A stretch of DNA of 64,000 bases from Candidatus Brockarchaeota archaeon (GTDB lineage: Archaea; Thermoproteota; EX4484-205; JAAOZO01): positions 16,743 to 80,742 of the forward strand of contig JAFNIV010000004.1 of the NCBI GenBank assembly GCA_017601145.1, in the 5' to 3' direction. Within the stretch, counting starts at the first letter, position 1; every line of letters begins with the position of its first letter. The notes under the pieces were generated by a model, which worked only from the letters and a program-made list of their open reading frames with translations, did no database searches and was not told the DNA's origin. Made by a program: the position numbers and the translations under genes. Shown here piece after piece: positions 10,315-18,707 of this stretch.

Positions 10315-11144
10315 TTTTGTTTTTCTTTTTCTAGTTCGGCATCAGCTTCCGCAAAGTCTCTTTTAACAAAAGGATTATCGCTTGCTATGGTCCTAGTTTT
10401 TCTTATATCGTTAGAATAGAAATCTCTCTGTTCTAGCGCCTTTAAAAACCTATTACTGAAATCCTCAATGTAGGAACCATAAATATGGTAAGAATCTGAA
10501 ATGTCTACATATTGTCCAACTACGACTTCTTTATGGATTTTCTTAGAAATCATTAAAGCAATTTCTTTCTGTAGCTCTGTAAGAGCAAACATGTTCATGA
10601 AAGCAGCCTTATAAGCATCTCTAGACCTCCAATGAGCATTCATATTCAACATTAATGTACCATTTTCTTCTGTACAACGAAGCCATATCCTTTGTAAACA
10701 TGGAGGGTCATCTGTTTTTGGATCTAACTTAGGATCCCATGTTATTGCTTGTGCTCTTCTAGTATAAGGAACTTTAGAAAGCTTATCTACAACATAATCT
10801 ACTTGATTTATGAATCCATCGCATGAAGGGTATTTAAACAGTCTTTGATGATAAGTATAGGTCCACTTACCACTTTTTGGATCTATCCAATGATCATGAA
10901 CTCCCTCTACAACTTCTCTTCTGTATTTCCATAAATCCTTAAAACTTGCTGGAATTGATAGGTGTATCCTTGGTTCTGAAAGGGGTTTAAAAACAACCAT
11001 TACCATTGTTGCATCTACACTTGGAGGGTCGTTAGGCTTATCGTATTCTGTTCTTATTCTAATGCCACTTTTCCAAAGCTCAACTAAAGATTTTTCCCAA
11101 GCTTCTGCTATGTTATTACCGCTAACTTTTATGACGGGAATCAT
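10305..11144 (-). CDS. thyA: thymidylate synthase (ThyA) family protein
   Basis: YTRRAQAITWDP...DPPCLQ (catalytic Cys block), HWRSRDAYKAAFMNMF and DSYHIYG parallel the ThyA RR / PPCH / RS.D / D.H.Y blocks. Its 3' end overlaps the mtaB 3' end by 10 nt (convergent). Confidence 0.7.
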   Translation of the reverse strand: MIPVIKVSGNNIAEAWEKSLVELWKSGIRIRTEYDKPNDPPSVDATMVMVVFKPLSEPRIHLSIPASFKDLWKYRREVVEGVHDHWIDPKSGKWTYTYHQRLFKYPSCDGFINQVDYVVDKLSKVPYTRRAQAITWDPKLDPKTDDPPCLQRIWLRCTEENGTLMLNMNAHWRSRDAYKAAFMNMFALTELQKEIALMISKKIHKEVVVGQYVDISDSYHIYGSYIEDFSNRFLKALEQRDFYSNDIRKTRTIASDNPFVKRDFAEADAELEKEKQNQK

Positions 11145-11209
11145 TGCTCCACGAAGAAAAACAAAAAGTAAGATAAAATTCGTTTGGTCTAAATAAGTTG
11201 AGTTTTTTA

Positions 11210-13108
11210 TTAAGAGTCATAATTTTTTTCTCCTTCTCTTAAAGATGAAATTGACTTAAGAGTTCTTTGAAATAGGGCTTCATCCTTATGAGGAATAAAC
11301 GTTGCGTTTATAAACTCTTGTCTAAACGAAGGTACTAAGTTTAGTTCGACTACCTTAATTTTCTTAGCAACTTCTATTGATTCTCTCCAAAGTTCTTTAG
11401 AAAGAAGTAAAGAACTAGCACCCATCCCAGAACCATTACCAATTTGTACAATTTTTTCTCTTTGAACTTCAGGTAAAAGCCCAATTATCATGGCATAAAA
11501 GGGGTCTATGTAGTTTCCAAATGCACCTGCAATAAACAGCTTCTTAACATCTTCTACTTTTGTTTTGCTTATTTTAGACAAAGTTATGAAAGCTGAAAGT
11601 ACAGCAGCCTTTGCAAGTTGTACTTTTCTAATATCTTCTTGAGTTATAACTATTTCTTTACCTGTTCCAGAGTTTTTTTCATCAACTAAGACAAATTGAA
11701 GTTCATTGTTTTCTTTTTTTACTCTGCTAGAGTTTTCTAGTAGCTTTCCAGATTTGTTTACTATGCCTCTAATTCGTAACCAAGCTAAAGCTTCAACAAT
11801 ACCAGAACCGCATATTCCAACTGGTTTTCTATTTCCTATGGTTTTAAAAAATACTTCGTTACCATCCTCACTTATAGTAACTGATTCTATAGCACCTTCC
11901 ATAGCACGCATACCGTGTCTTATGCTGTATCCTTCAAGAGCGGGACCAGCGGCACATGATGCTGCAAAGATTTCATTTAAGTTCTTGATTACAACTTCGC
12001 CATTTGTTCCAAGGTCAATTAAAGCAACTGGATCTTCATACTTAAAAAGCTCAGAAACTAAAATATCTGCAACAACATCACCGCCAATATAAGCACTCAC
12101 GCAAGGTAATGTTCTAACGTATCCTGAAGGATTTATTTCTACCTTTAAGTCTCTTGCCTTAACTTTAACTTGTGAAGTAAAAGGAGGAATATAAGGAGAT
12201 CTAGAAGAATAGAAGCTATTGTTTCCTAAGAGAAATGCTGTCATAACAGTATTCCCAGAACAAACGACATCATAGATTTTAGACGTATCAACATTTGTTT
12301 CTTTTGCTAGCTCTTTTATAATTTTGTTAATTGTAGAAATTATTGCCCCTTGAATATTCTTCAAGTTTTCGTAGCTTCGACTTGCGTATTCAATTCTACT
12401 TATTACGTCTTCACCAAATTTTATTTGTTCGTTGAAGGAAGATTTAATAGATAGCAATTCTCCAGTCAATAGGTCATATAAGTATCCAACAACGGTTGTT
12501 GTTCCAATATCAAAAGAAACACCATACAAACTAAAATTGTCCGAGTTAGGGACAACATCTAGTAATTCATCATCAAACAATATAGCACTAACATTAAAAT
12601 TGGAGTTCCAAATTACTTTTGAAATTTTTTCCAAGATAAGTGAGTCAAAGGTATTAGTATTTAGCTCAGCTAAAACCCTTTCAAGATCAGCTTTCTGATC
12701 TTCTAAACTTGGCTTAGACAATAATATAGATTTTCTTGTTGTTGATGGGCTTAAGTTGATTTGAACCTTCTTTCCAAGTGTTAGTATTTTTATGTTTTTC
12801 GTTTCAATGGTTTCACTTAGTTCGATAACAGCATCAGAAAGTAAGTTAGCCTGACATGCTAATCTAATGTCTAACCCAAGAGCTTTTTGCCATCTTTTTT
12901 CTTGTAAAGTTGGTTCAGAAAGAGACCCGCTGACTATTCTTATAGCACACTTTCCACATATACCTTTACCACCACAAACGCTCGCAACAGAGATGCCACT
13001 TCTTAGAAGAGCTTCAAGAATTGTTTCTTCAGGCTTTACAATGACTGAAGTGCCATTTGGTAAAATTCTAAGAGCATAGAGTTTGTATGAATTTTTGTCT
13101 ATGTCCAT
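11210..13108 (-). CDS. corrinoid reductive activase, RACo/COG3894 type (N-terminal 2Fe-2S ferredoxin + ASKHA ATPase)
   Basis: N-terminal plant-type ferredoxin Cys pattern CGGKGICGKC...ACQ. ASKHA phosphate motifs FDIGTTTVVG and IDLGTNGEV. 632 aa. Adjacent to mtaCB. Confidence 0.85.
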   Translation of the reverse strand: MDIDKNSYKLYALRILPNGTSVIVKPEETILEALLRSGISVASVCGGKGICGKCAIRIVSGSLSEPTLQEKRWQKALGLDIRLACQANLLSDAVIELSETIETKNIKILTLGKKVQINLSPSTTRKSILLSKPSLEDQKADLERVLAELNTNTFDSLILEKISKVIWNSNFNVSAILFDDELLDVVPNSDNFSLYGVSFDIGTTTVVGYLYDLLTGELLSIKSSFNEQIKFGEDVISRIEYASRSYENLKNIQGAIISTINKIIKELAKETNVDTSKIYDVVCSGNTVMTAFLLGNNSFYSSRSPYIPPFTSQVKVKARDLKVEINPSGYVRTLPCVSAYIGGDVVADILVSELFKYEDPVALIDLGTNGEVVIKNLNEIFAASCAAGPALEGYSIRHGMRAMEGAIESVTISEDGNEVFFKTIGNRKPVGICGSGIVEALAWLRIRGIVNKSGKLLENSSRVKKENNELQFVLVDEKNSGTGKEIVITQEDIRKVQLAKAAVLSAFITLSKISKTKVEDVKKLFIAGAFGNYIDPFYAMIIGLLPEVQREKIVQIGNGSGMGASSLLLSKELWRESIEVAKKIKVVELNLVPSFRQEFINATFIPHKDEALFQRTLKSISSLREGEKNYDS

Positions 13109-13438
13109 GTGGCACGCAAGGGAAAACTGCGTAGGACGAATATTTAAACAATACTTACCTTAAATCTTAATATTATTTTTAGTTTTTGAAAAATGGTTTA
13201 AGGAGCCAAATTTAGAAGTTCTTTAAATATTTTTGAATTTCTGCAATTACAACCTTATGAGTTGCTTTTTTATATTTTATGAACAATAGAATTGATTTTT
13301 GTCGTTATTTAAAATTGAGTTTAGTTAAAAGATGCAACTAAAATATAAGACATTAGAAATTACGTTTTATGAACTTAAGTAAAAATTCGTTAATCTAAAA
13401 AGCTTTTATTTTCTCCACAAAGTATATGTTAACAAAGG
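13109..13438. promoter_or_regulatory. divergent promoter region between the activase and the UroD-family gene
   Basis: 330-bp AT-rich spacer. The direct 10-mer TTTTATGAAC occurs at 13275-13284 and 13365-13374. A short GC hairpin (ACGCA-N9-TGCGT, 13114-13132) sits 5 nt upstream of the activase start. Confidence 0.25.
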
Positions 13439-14518
13439 ATGCTGAACTCAAGAGAAAGGTTTCTAACAGCCTTAGCTAGAAAACAACCAGATAGAGTTCC
13501 AATTTGGGAGTTAATAATAAATGAACCAGTAATAAGCAGTTTACTTCCTGGAAAAAGTTATGCTGATTTTGTAGAATGGATAGATTTAGATGGAATTACC
13601 ACTGGAGAAGACCAAATTTTTAGAAAGGAAGGAGAATACATAGTAGATGAATGGGGAATAAAGTGGAAGGTCAGTACTCCTGGAATTAACTACCCAGCAG
13701 GAGGCCCAATAAGAGAGCCTAAAGACTTAGAAAGCTATAAGCCTCCAGATCCAGATGCAGAACATAGACTAAGAACTCTAGAAGCCTATGTTGATAGGTT
13801 TAAAGGAAGAAAAGCAATAGTTTTTCTAGGGCATGAAACATTTGAATTTTCTCATTACCTGTTAGGTGGCATGTCAAACCTTTTCTATTATTACTATAAG
13901 GATCCTAAATTTGTTCATAGGTTGAGTGAGATTATTTCAGAGTACAAATGCAGAGTGATGCAAAGAGCTGTAAAGTTAGGAGCAGACGTTCTTCTAACTG
14001 GAGATGACTATGCAAACAGAAAGGCTCCTTTGATGTCTCCAAAGCAATTTAAGGAATTTATACTTCCCTATTTAAGAAAAGCTGTAGAAACATCAAAGAA
14101 ACTTGGAGTTCCTTTCATAAAGCATACAGATGGTAACCTTTGGCCAATAATAGATATGATTGTAGAAGCCGGAATTGATGCTCTAGACCCAATAGAACCA
14201 ATTGCAAGAATGGACATAGGAGAAGTAAAGAAAAAGTATGGAGATAAGATAGCTGTAGTTGGAAATGTGGATTGTTCCTATGTTTTAACATTAGGAAATG
14301 AAAAAGAAGTTGAAGATGCAGTAAAAGAAACGATTGCAAAAGCTTCTCCAGGCGGTGGGCATATAATAGCTTCTAGTAACAGCATACATCCTGCTGTTAA
14401 ACCTTCAAACTATTTACTTATGACAAAGTTAGTAAAAGAATATGGAGTTTATCCAATCGATGAAAAATTAGTTGAAGAATATAGGGAAAGAAAATACATA
14501 GCGAAGTACCTAGATTAG
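13439..14518 (+). CDS. uroporphyrinogen-decarboxylase (UroD/MtaA/MtbA) family protein lacking the MT2 zinc Cys ligands
   Basis: UroD-fold length and blocks (PDRVPIWE, LTGDDYA, IKHTDGN, DALDPIEP, IASSNSIHP). The positions that are H-x-C and a late C in CoM methyltransferases read H-T-D and S-S-N-S here. Confidence 0.7.
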   Translation: MLNSRERFLTALARKQPDRVPIWELIINEPVISSLLPGKSYADFVEWIDLDGITTGEDQIFRKEGEYIVDEWGIKWKVSTPGINYPAGGPIREPKDLESYKPPDPDAEHRLRTLEAYVDRFKGRKAIVFLGHETFEFSHYLLGGMSNLFYYYYKDPKFVHRLSEIISEYKCRVMQRAVKLGADVLLTGDDYANRKAPLMSPKQFKEFILPYLRKAVETSKKLGVPFIKHTDGNLWPIIDMIVEAGIDALDPIEPIARMDIGEVKKKYGDKIAVVGNVDCSYVLTLGNEKEVEDAVKETIAKASPGGGHIIASSNSIHPAVKPSNYLLMTKLVKEYGVYPIDEKLVEEYRERKYIAKYLD

Positions 14519-14731
14519 CTATTTTTTAGAAAAGTTCAGCATTACTTCCTAATATAGTAATAACTTCCTTTTACTTTTGTTTTAAAATAGAGATGAGGAA
14601 AGAAACTTTAGTAAATCCAAAACGAATTAATATAAAGTTATGTCTTTTGTTCTAAAAGCTTATTAATAACTATAATAAGTAAATAAAGAAAAAGAATAAA
14701 GTTTATATACTAAGCTCATCTTAAAAGGTTT

Positions 14732-15979
14732 ATGACTGCTATACTAATAGTGGCTCCAAAACTTATCGACGTAGAAAATAAGAGAATTTTAGATAACATG
14801 GAAGTTTTAGTAGAAAATGGAAAAATAAAAGAAGTTGGAAAGGTAAACTCAACAGACAGTAAAGGAGCGCAAAGAATAGAGTTCGAAGAAGGTTACCTCA
14901 TGCCAGGACTAATAGATGCTCACCTTCATCTTATGGGTGGAAGAAGTGAAAGTTACATAGAAGAAAGTCTGATAGTACCTGATGGCCTGAAAATAATAAG
15001 AGCAACGAATGATGCTAAAGCGCTATTAGATGCAGGTTTTACTACAGTAAGGGACTGTGGAAGCTCTGCTGCAGTTCATGTCAGAGAAGCAATAAGAGAA
15101 GGCGAAGCCGTTGGACCAAGAATTCTTACTTCAGTCTTCATACTCACTCAAACTTTTGGACATGGAGATTTCCATAGCATACCAGAGAATTGGGTTGATG
15201 CAAGAACTTCTGGAAGAGGATCTGCTTTAATTTGTGATGGAGTTGAAGAGTGCAGAAAGGCCGCAAGGCATGCTTTTAGAGAAGGTGCAGACTTCATAAA
15301 GATCTGTACAACAGGAGGTGTTATGAGCCAAAAAGATAAGCCAGAAAACACACAATTTACGGTGGAAGAAATAAGGGCAATAGTTGAAGAAGCAAATCAT
15401 GTGAATAGTTACACAGCATCGCATGCTCAAGGAACAGAAGGGATAAACAATGCTCTAAAAGCTGGAGTTAAAACAATTGAACATGCAATTTATCCAAACG
15501 AAGAAACTGTAAAGCTTGGAAAAGAAAATGATGCAGTATTCATACTAACTTTAACTATTGCAAAAACCATTGCAGAAGAGGGAGAAAAAGCAGGATATCC
15601 AAAGTGGGCAGTTGAGAAAGCAGCCCAAGCAATGAATGACTACATAAAGAACATAAGATTCTTAGTTTCAAGTGGAGTAAAGATTGGGTTAGGTACTGAT
15701 TTCTTTGGATCAAAACTTACAAAGATGGGGACTAATGCAAGAGAGCTAGTAGCTTTAGTTAAAGATGCTAAACTAGACCCTTGGTTAGTTCTTGAAGCTG
15801 CAACCATTAACAACGCAAAAGCATGCGGACTCGAAGGTAAGACAGGAGTAGTAAAGAAGGGATACTTTGCGGACCTTATATTAGTCAAAGATAATCCTGT
15901 TGAAAAGATTGAGACGTTGTTGAATACTAGTAACATTGCACTCGTAATGAAAGAAGGAAAAGTATACAAAAAACTCTAA
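14732..15979 (+). CDS. metal-dependent amidohydrolase (imidazolonepropionase/prolidase-like subgroup)
   Basis: Composite beta-sandwich N-terminus, intact HxH (GLIDAHLHL), and later H/D blocks (SHAQG, IEHA, LGTDF). Confidence 0.75.
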   Translation: MTAILIVAPKLIDVENKRILDNMEVLVENGKIKEVGKVNSTDSKGAQRIEFEEGYLMPGLIDAHLHLMGGRSESYIEESLIVPDGLKIIRATNDAKALLDAGFTTVRDCGSSAAVHVREAIREGEAVGPRILTSVFILTQTFGHGDFHSIPENWVDARTSGRGSALICDGVEECRKAARHAFREGADFIKICTTGGVMSQKDKPENTQFTVEEIRAIVEEANHVNSYTASHAQGTEGINNALKAGVKTIEHAIYPNEETVKLGKENDAVFILTLTIAKTIAEEGEKAGYPKWAVEKAAQAMNDYIKNIRFLVSSGVKIGLGTDFFGSKLTKMGTNARELVALVKDAKLDPWLVLEAATINNAKACGLEGKTGVVKKGYFADLILVKDNPVEKIETLLNTSNIALVMKEGKVYKKL

Positions 15980-16095
15980 AACTTTTTGTAGTTTCATAAG
16001 ATTTTTTAGTCTAACTAAATCATTAGTTTTTATTATAAATAAAATAAAAAATTACTAAAGTAGGCGAGAAAACACGGTTTTAGCTATATGACGAA

Positions 16096-17463
16096 TTACT
16101 TAAAGTGGTTTGCCATCTCTTCGTTTCCTGGGAGAGAAAGAATTGCATCTATTACTTGATTTACTTGCTCAGTAGACTTTGTTCTAGGATCTATAATCAA
16201 CCATTCAAACAGCTTATCTCTTCCTCCTTCAAGGAACGCTTCTAAAGCCCATTCTGCACGCATCATCCTAGGGTAGAGTACATAGTTAATTATACTCTTT
16301 GGTAATTTCTCAACACTTATCCTATGAACACCTTTTCCATCTACTTTAGCAGGAATTTCAACTACTATATCATCGGGCAAACTACTTATAACGCCTTTAT
16401 TCATTACGTTAACTTGATAAGTTCCCTCTTTATCGAAGGCTATTGATTCTATTATAGGAACTACAGATTCTTGACTTATCTCTGGAGGAACTACGTTCGT
16501 TAGAGGAACTTTCGGATTGTTTATTGCCGAAACTATGTTACCAAGATTAAACTTTTGAAAGGTTAAGTATAAAGCCCAACCAATTTCAGAGTCTGGACCA
16601 GCAAGTGGCCCAAACCAATTCTTTTTAGTTTCCAAATTCCAGTGATATTTCCATGTTCCACCTCTTACAGAATCTCCAACAGGAAATAGGCCATAAGTTT
16701 TATACATATCTACAGCTGCAGGAGACATTTGTATATCAAAGGGATTTGCTTGCTCCTCCCTCCACCTCTTCCAGTATTCCTTAGAATTTTTCTTTATCCA
16801 CTCATCTATTAGAGGATAAACATCTTTGTTTTCATACTTAAACTTAGTTAGCCAAATAACGTGATTAAAGCCTATTGCTTCAAATTCAACTTCTTTTGGT
16901 TTTAGGCCTAAGGTCATTGCTATTTCCTGATAACCTAAGTGGCCATGACATAAACCAATAACATTAGTTTTCGTTTCTCTACTTATTAATGTAGTAAGTT
17001 CAAAAACAGGATTGCCAAGTTGAAGGAGCCAGGCTTCTGGACTCAACTCTTCTATATCTTTTGCTATAGATAAAGCAAGCTTAAACTGATAATAGCCCCA
17101 TATTGTATGATAGTCAGAAACCATGTTCCACTCAACACTATTAATTCCTCTGTAGTAGCCATATTTTTCTGAAACTTCACGCATCGTTTCATAGTAGCTA
17201 TGCCCTCCAGCCATTGCAGTATTTATAACGAAGTCAGCGCCTTCTATGGCTTCCCTTCTGTTCGTAGTCTTTTCGAAGTTTAATTCAGCTTTAACTTCTG
17301 AGGCATAGCGTTTAGCGAACGTATAAATTAGGTTAAGTCTTTCTTCGTTTATGTCAACAAAACTAATTGTTGAATTTTTTAGACTTGGAGTCAAGCAAAG
17401 GTCTCTAACCAAAGTTGTAGACCATGCTAGACTTCCAGCACCAATTACAGCTATCTTTGTCAT
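16096..17463 (-). CDS. glycoside hydrolase family 4 (NAD+/Mn2+-dependent glycosidase)
   Basis: KIAVIGAGS Rossmann start, LGNPV and IGLCHG blocks characteristic of GH4. 455 aa. Confidence 0.8.
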   Translation of the reverse strand: MTKIAVIGAGSLAWSTTLVRDLCLTPSLKNSTISFVDINEERLNLIYTFAKRYASEVKAELNFEKTTNRREAIEGADFVINTAMAGGHSYYETMREVSEKYGYYRGINSVEWNMVSDYHTIWGYYQFKLALSIAKDIEELSPEAWLLQLGNPVFELTTLISRETKTNVIGLCHGHLGYQEIAMTLGLKPKEVEFEAIGFNHVIWLTKFKYENKDVYPLIDEWIKKNSKEYWKRWREEQANPFDIQMSPAAVDMYKTYGLFPVGDSVRGGTWKYHWNLETKKNWFGPLAGPDSEIGWALYLTFQKFNLGNIVSAINNPKVPLTNVVPPEISQESVVPIIESIAFDKEGTYQVNVMNKGVISSLPDDIVVEIPAKVDGKGVHRISVEKLPKSIINYVLYPRMMRAEWALEAFLEGGRDKLFEWLIIDPRTKSTEQVNQVIDAILSLPGNEEMANHFK

Positions 17464-17502
17464 CTTTGCTTCACATACTTACTTAACTTAAAATATTTAA
17501 AC

Positions 17503-18507
17503 TTATACTTGAAAGAGTTCTGTAGTACCTAAAACCTTTTCTCCCTGGAGATCTATAATTGAATTAACATTTTCACGAGTAACGCTAGTTGTTGTTCCAA
17601 TACCAGTTACACATGCAGCTCCTGTAGCTTGCCCAAACATTAAGAGCTTCTTTAATTCTTCTATAGAGATCTCAGATAAATTACTTAACTTTTTGTTTGT
17701 CAATAAGTTATAAATAATTCCAGCGCTGAAGGCATCCCCCGCACCTGTTGGATCAACTACATCAACGTTAAATCCACTTTGCCTTATACCCCTTCCATCC
17801 CTTAAAACTGCTAATGCACCCTTTCCACCTAATGTGACAAATGTTATTCCATTAATCTTTTCTTTTGCAACCCGCATCGCGGATTCGATACTATCTTTAT
17901 TAAATATATTTTTTAGCTCAATGTCATTACAATGAAAAATGTCGGCATACTCTAAGTGTTCAATGATATAATTCCATTGCTTTCCATAAGGTTCTATCAT
18001 ATCAACAAAAGTTAAGCTTCCAACTTCCTTTGCAGTCTTTAGAACATCACTTAACCTTTCGTCAAATTTTCCACAAATTCCAGAAGCAGTATAAACAATT
18101 TTTGGTTTTTGTTCAAATATTATCTTCGAAACAGCTTTAGGATCGAGATACCAACTTGCTCCTAGGTCAGCATGAAATCGTCTATCTTCCCCTTTTACAA
18201 CTAAGGCAAGAACCTTTGTAGTTCCTACTTCACTTAATTCTGTTAAGTAAGTAACAACACCTTTTTCTTCTAAAGTATTCCTTACAAAGCTTCCAAACAC
18301 ATCTTTTCCTATTGCACCAACTATTCCAACAGAGCCTTTTTCAAGACCAAGCTGAATCAAATCAATTGAAACGTTGCAAGGATGCCCACCTATGGTTAGC
18401 TTAATTCCTCTTGGAGCAAAAATAAGACGTCCAGGATCTGCAATCTTAGGGAGGTCTGCTGCAATTATGTCGGCAACTATAAAGCCAGAAGTAAGGACTT
18501 CTACCAT
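17503..18507 (-). CDS. PfkB-family sugar / 2-keto-3-deoxy-sugar-acid kinase
   Basis: C-terminal DPTGAGDAFSAG ATP/anion-hole motif and ribokinase-fold length. Confidence 0.8.
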   Translation of the reverse strand: MVEVLTSGFIVADIIAADLPKIADPGRLIFAPRGIKLTIGGHPCNVSIDLIQLGLEKGSVGIVGAIGKDVFGSFVRNTLEEKGVVTYLTELSEVGTTKVLALVVKGEDRRFHADLGASWYLDPKAVSKIIFEQKPKIVYTASGICGKFDERLSDVLKTAKEVGSLTFVDMIEPYGKQWNYIIEHLEYADIFHCNDIELKNIFNKDSIESAMRVAKEKINGITFVTLGGKGALAVLRDGRGIRQSGFNVDVVDPTGAGDAFSAGIIYNLLTNKKLSNLSEISIEELKKLLMFGQATGAACVTGIGTTTSVTRENVNSIIDLQGEKVLGTTELFQV

Positions 18508-18707
18508 GGCTAATGAATGAACATAGAGTATTTTTATACCTTTTTTTATTACTTTCCAATAATTGCAAAAAGTTTCCTTATGGCGTATTTTGACTCTTAT
18601 GGAAGAGTAAACTGCTGTCGAGTGTTACCATTCATAATAGCAAAGTAGCAGGACTAATAGTCTGGAAGTAAAAATTTAGTTCTTTAAAGTTAAATTGCGA
18701 AGTGTTT

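Noticed and set aside
7069-14518. Pyrrolysine (in-frame TAG) or selenocysteine recoding in the methyltransferase island.
   Set aside because: All six ORFs are uninterrupted. MtaB-type methanol methyltransferases do not use Pyl. I see no MttB/MtbB/MtmB homolog and no pylSBCD in the window.
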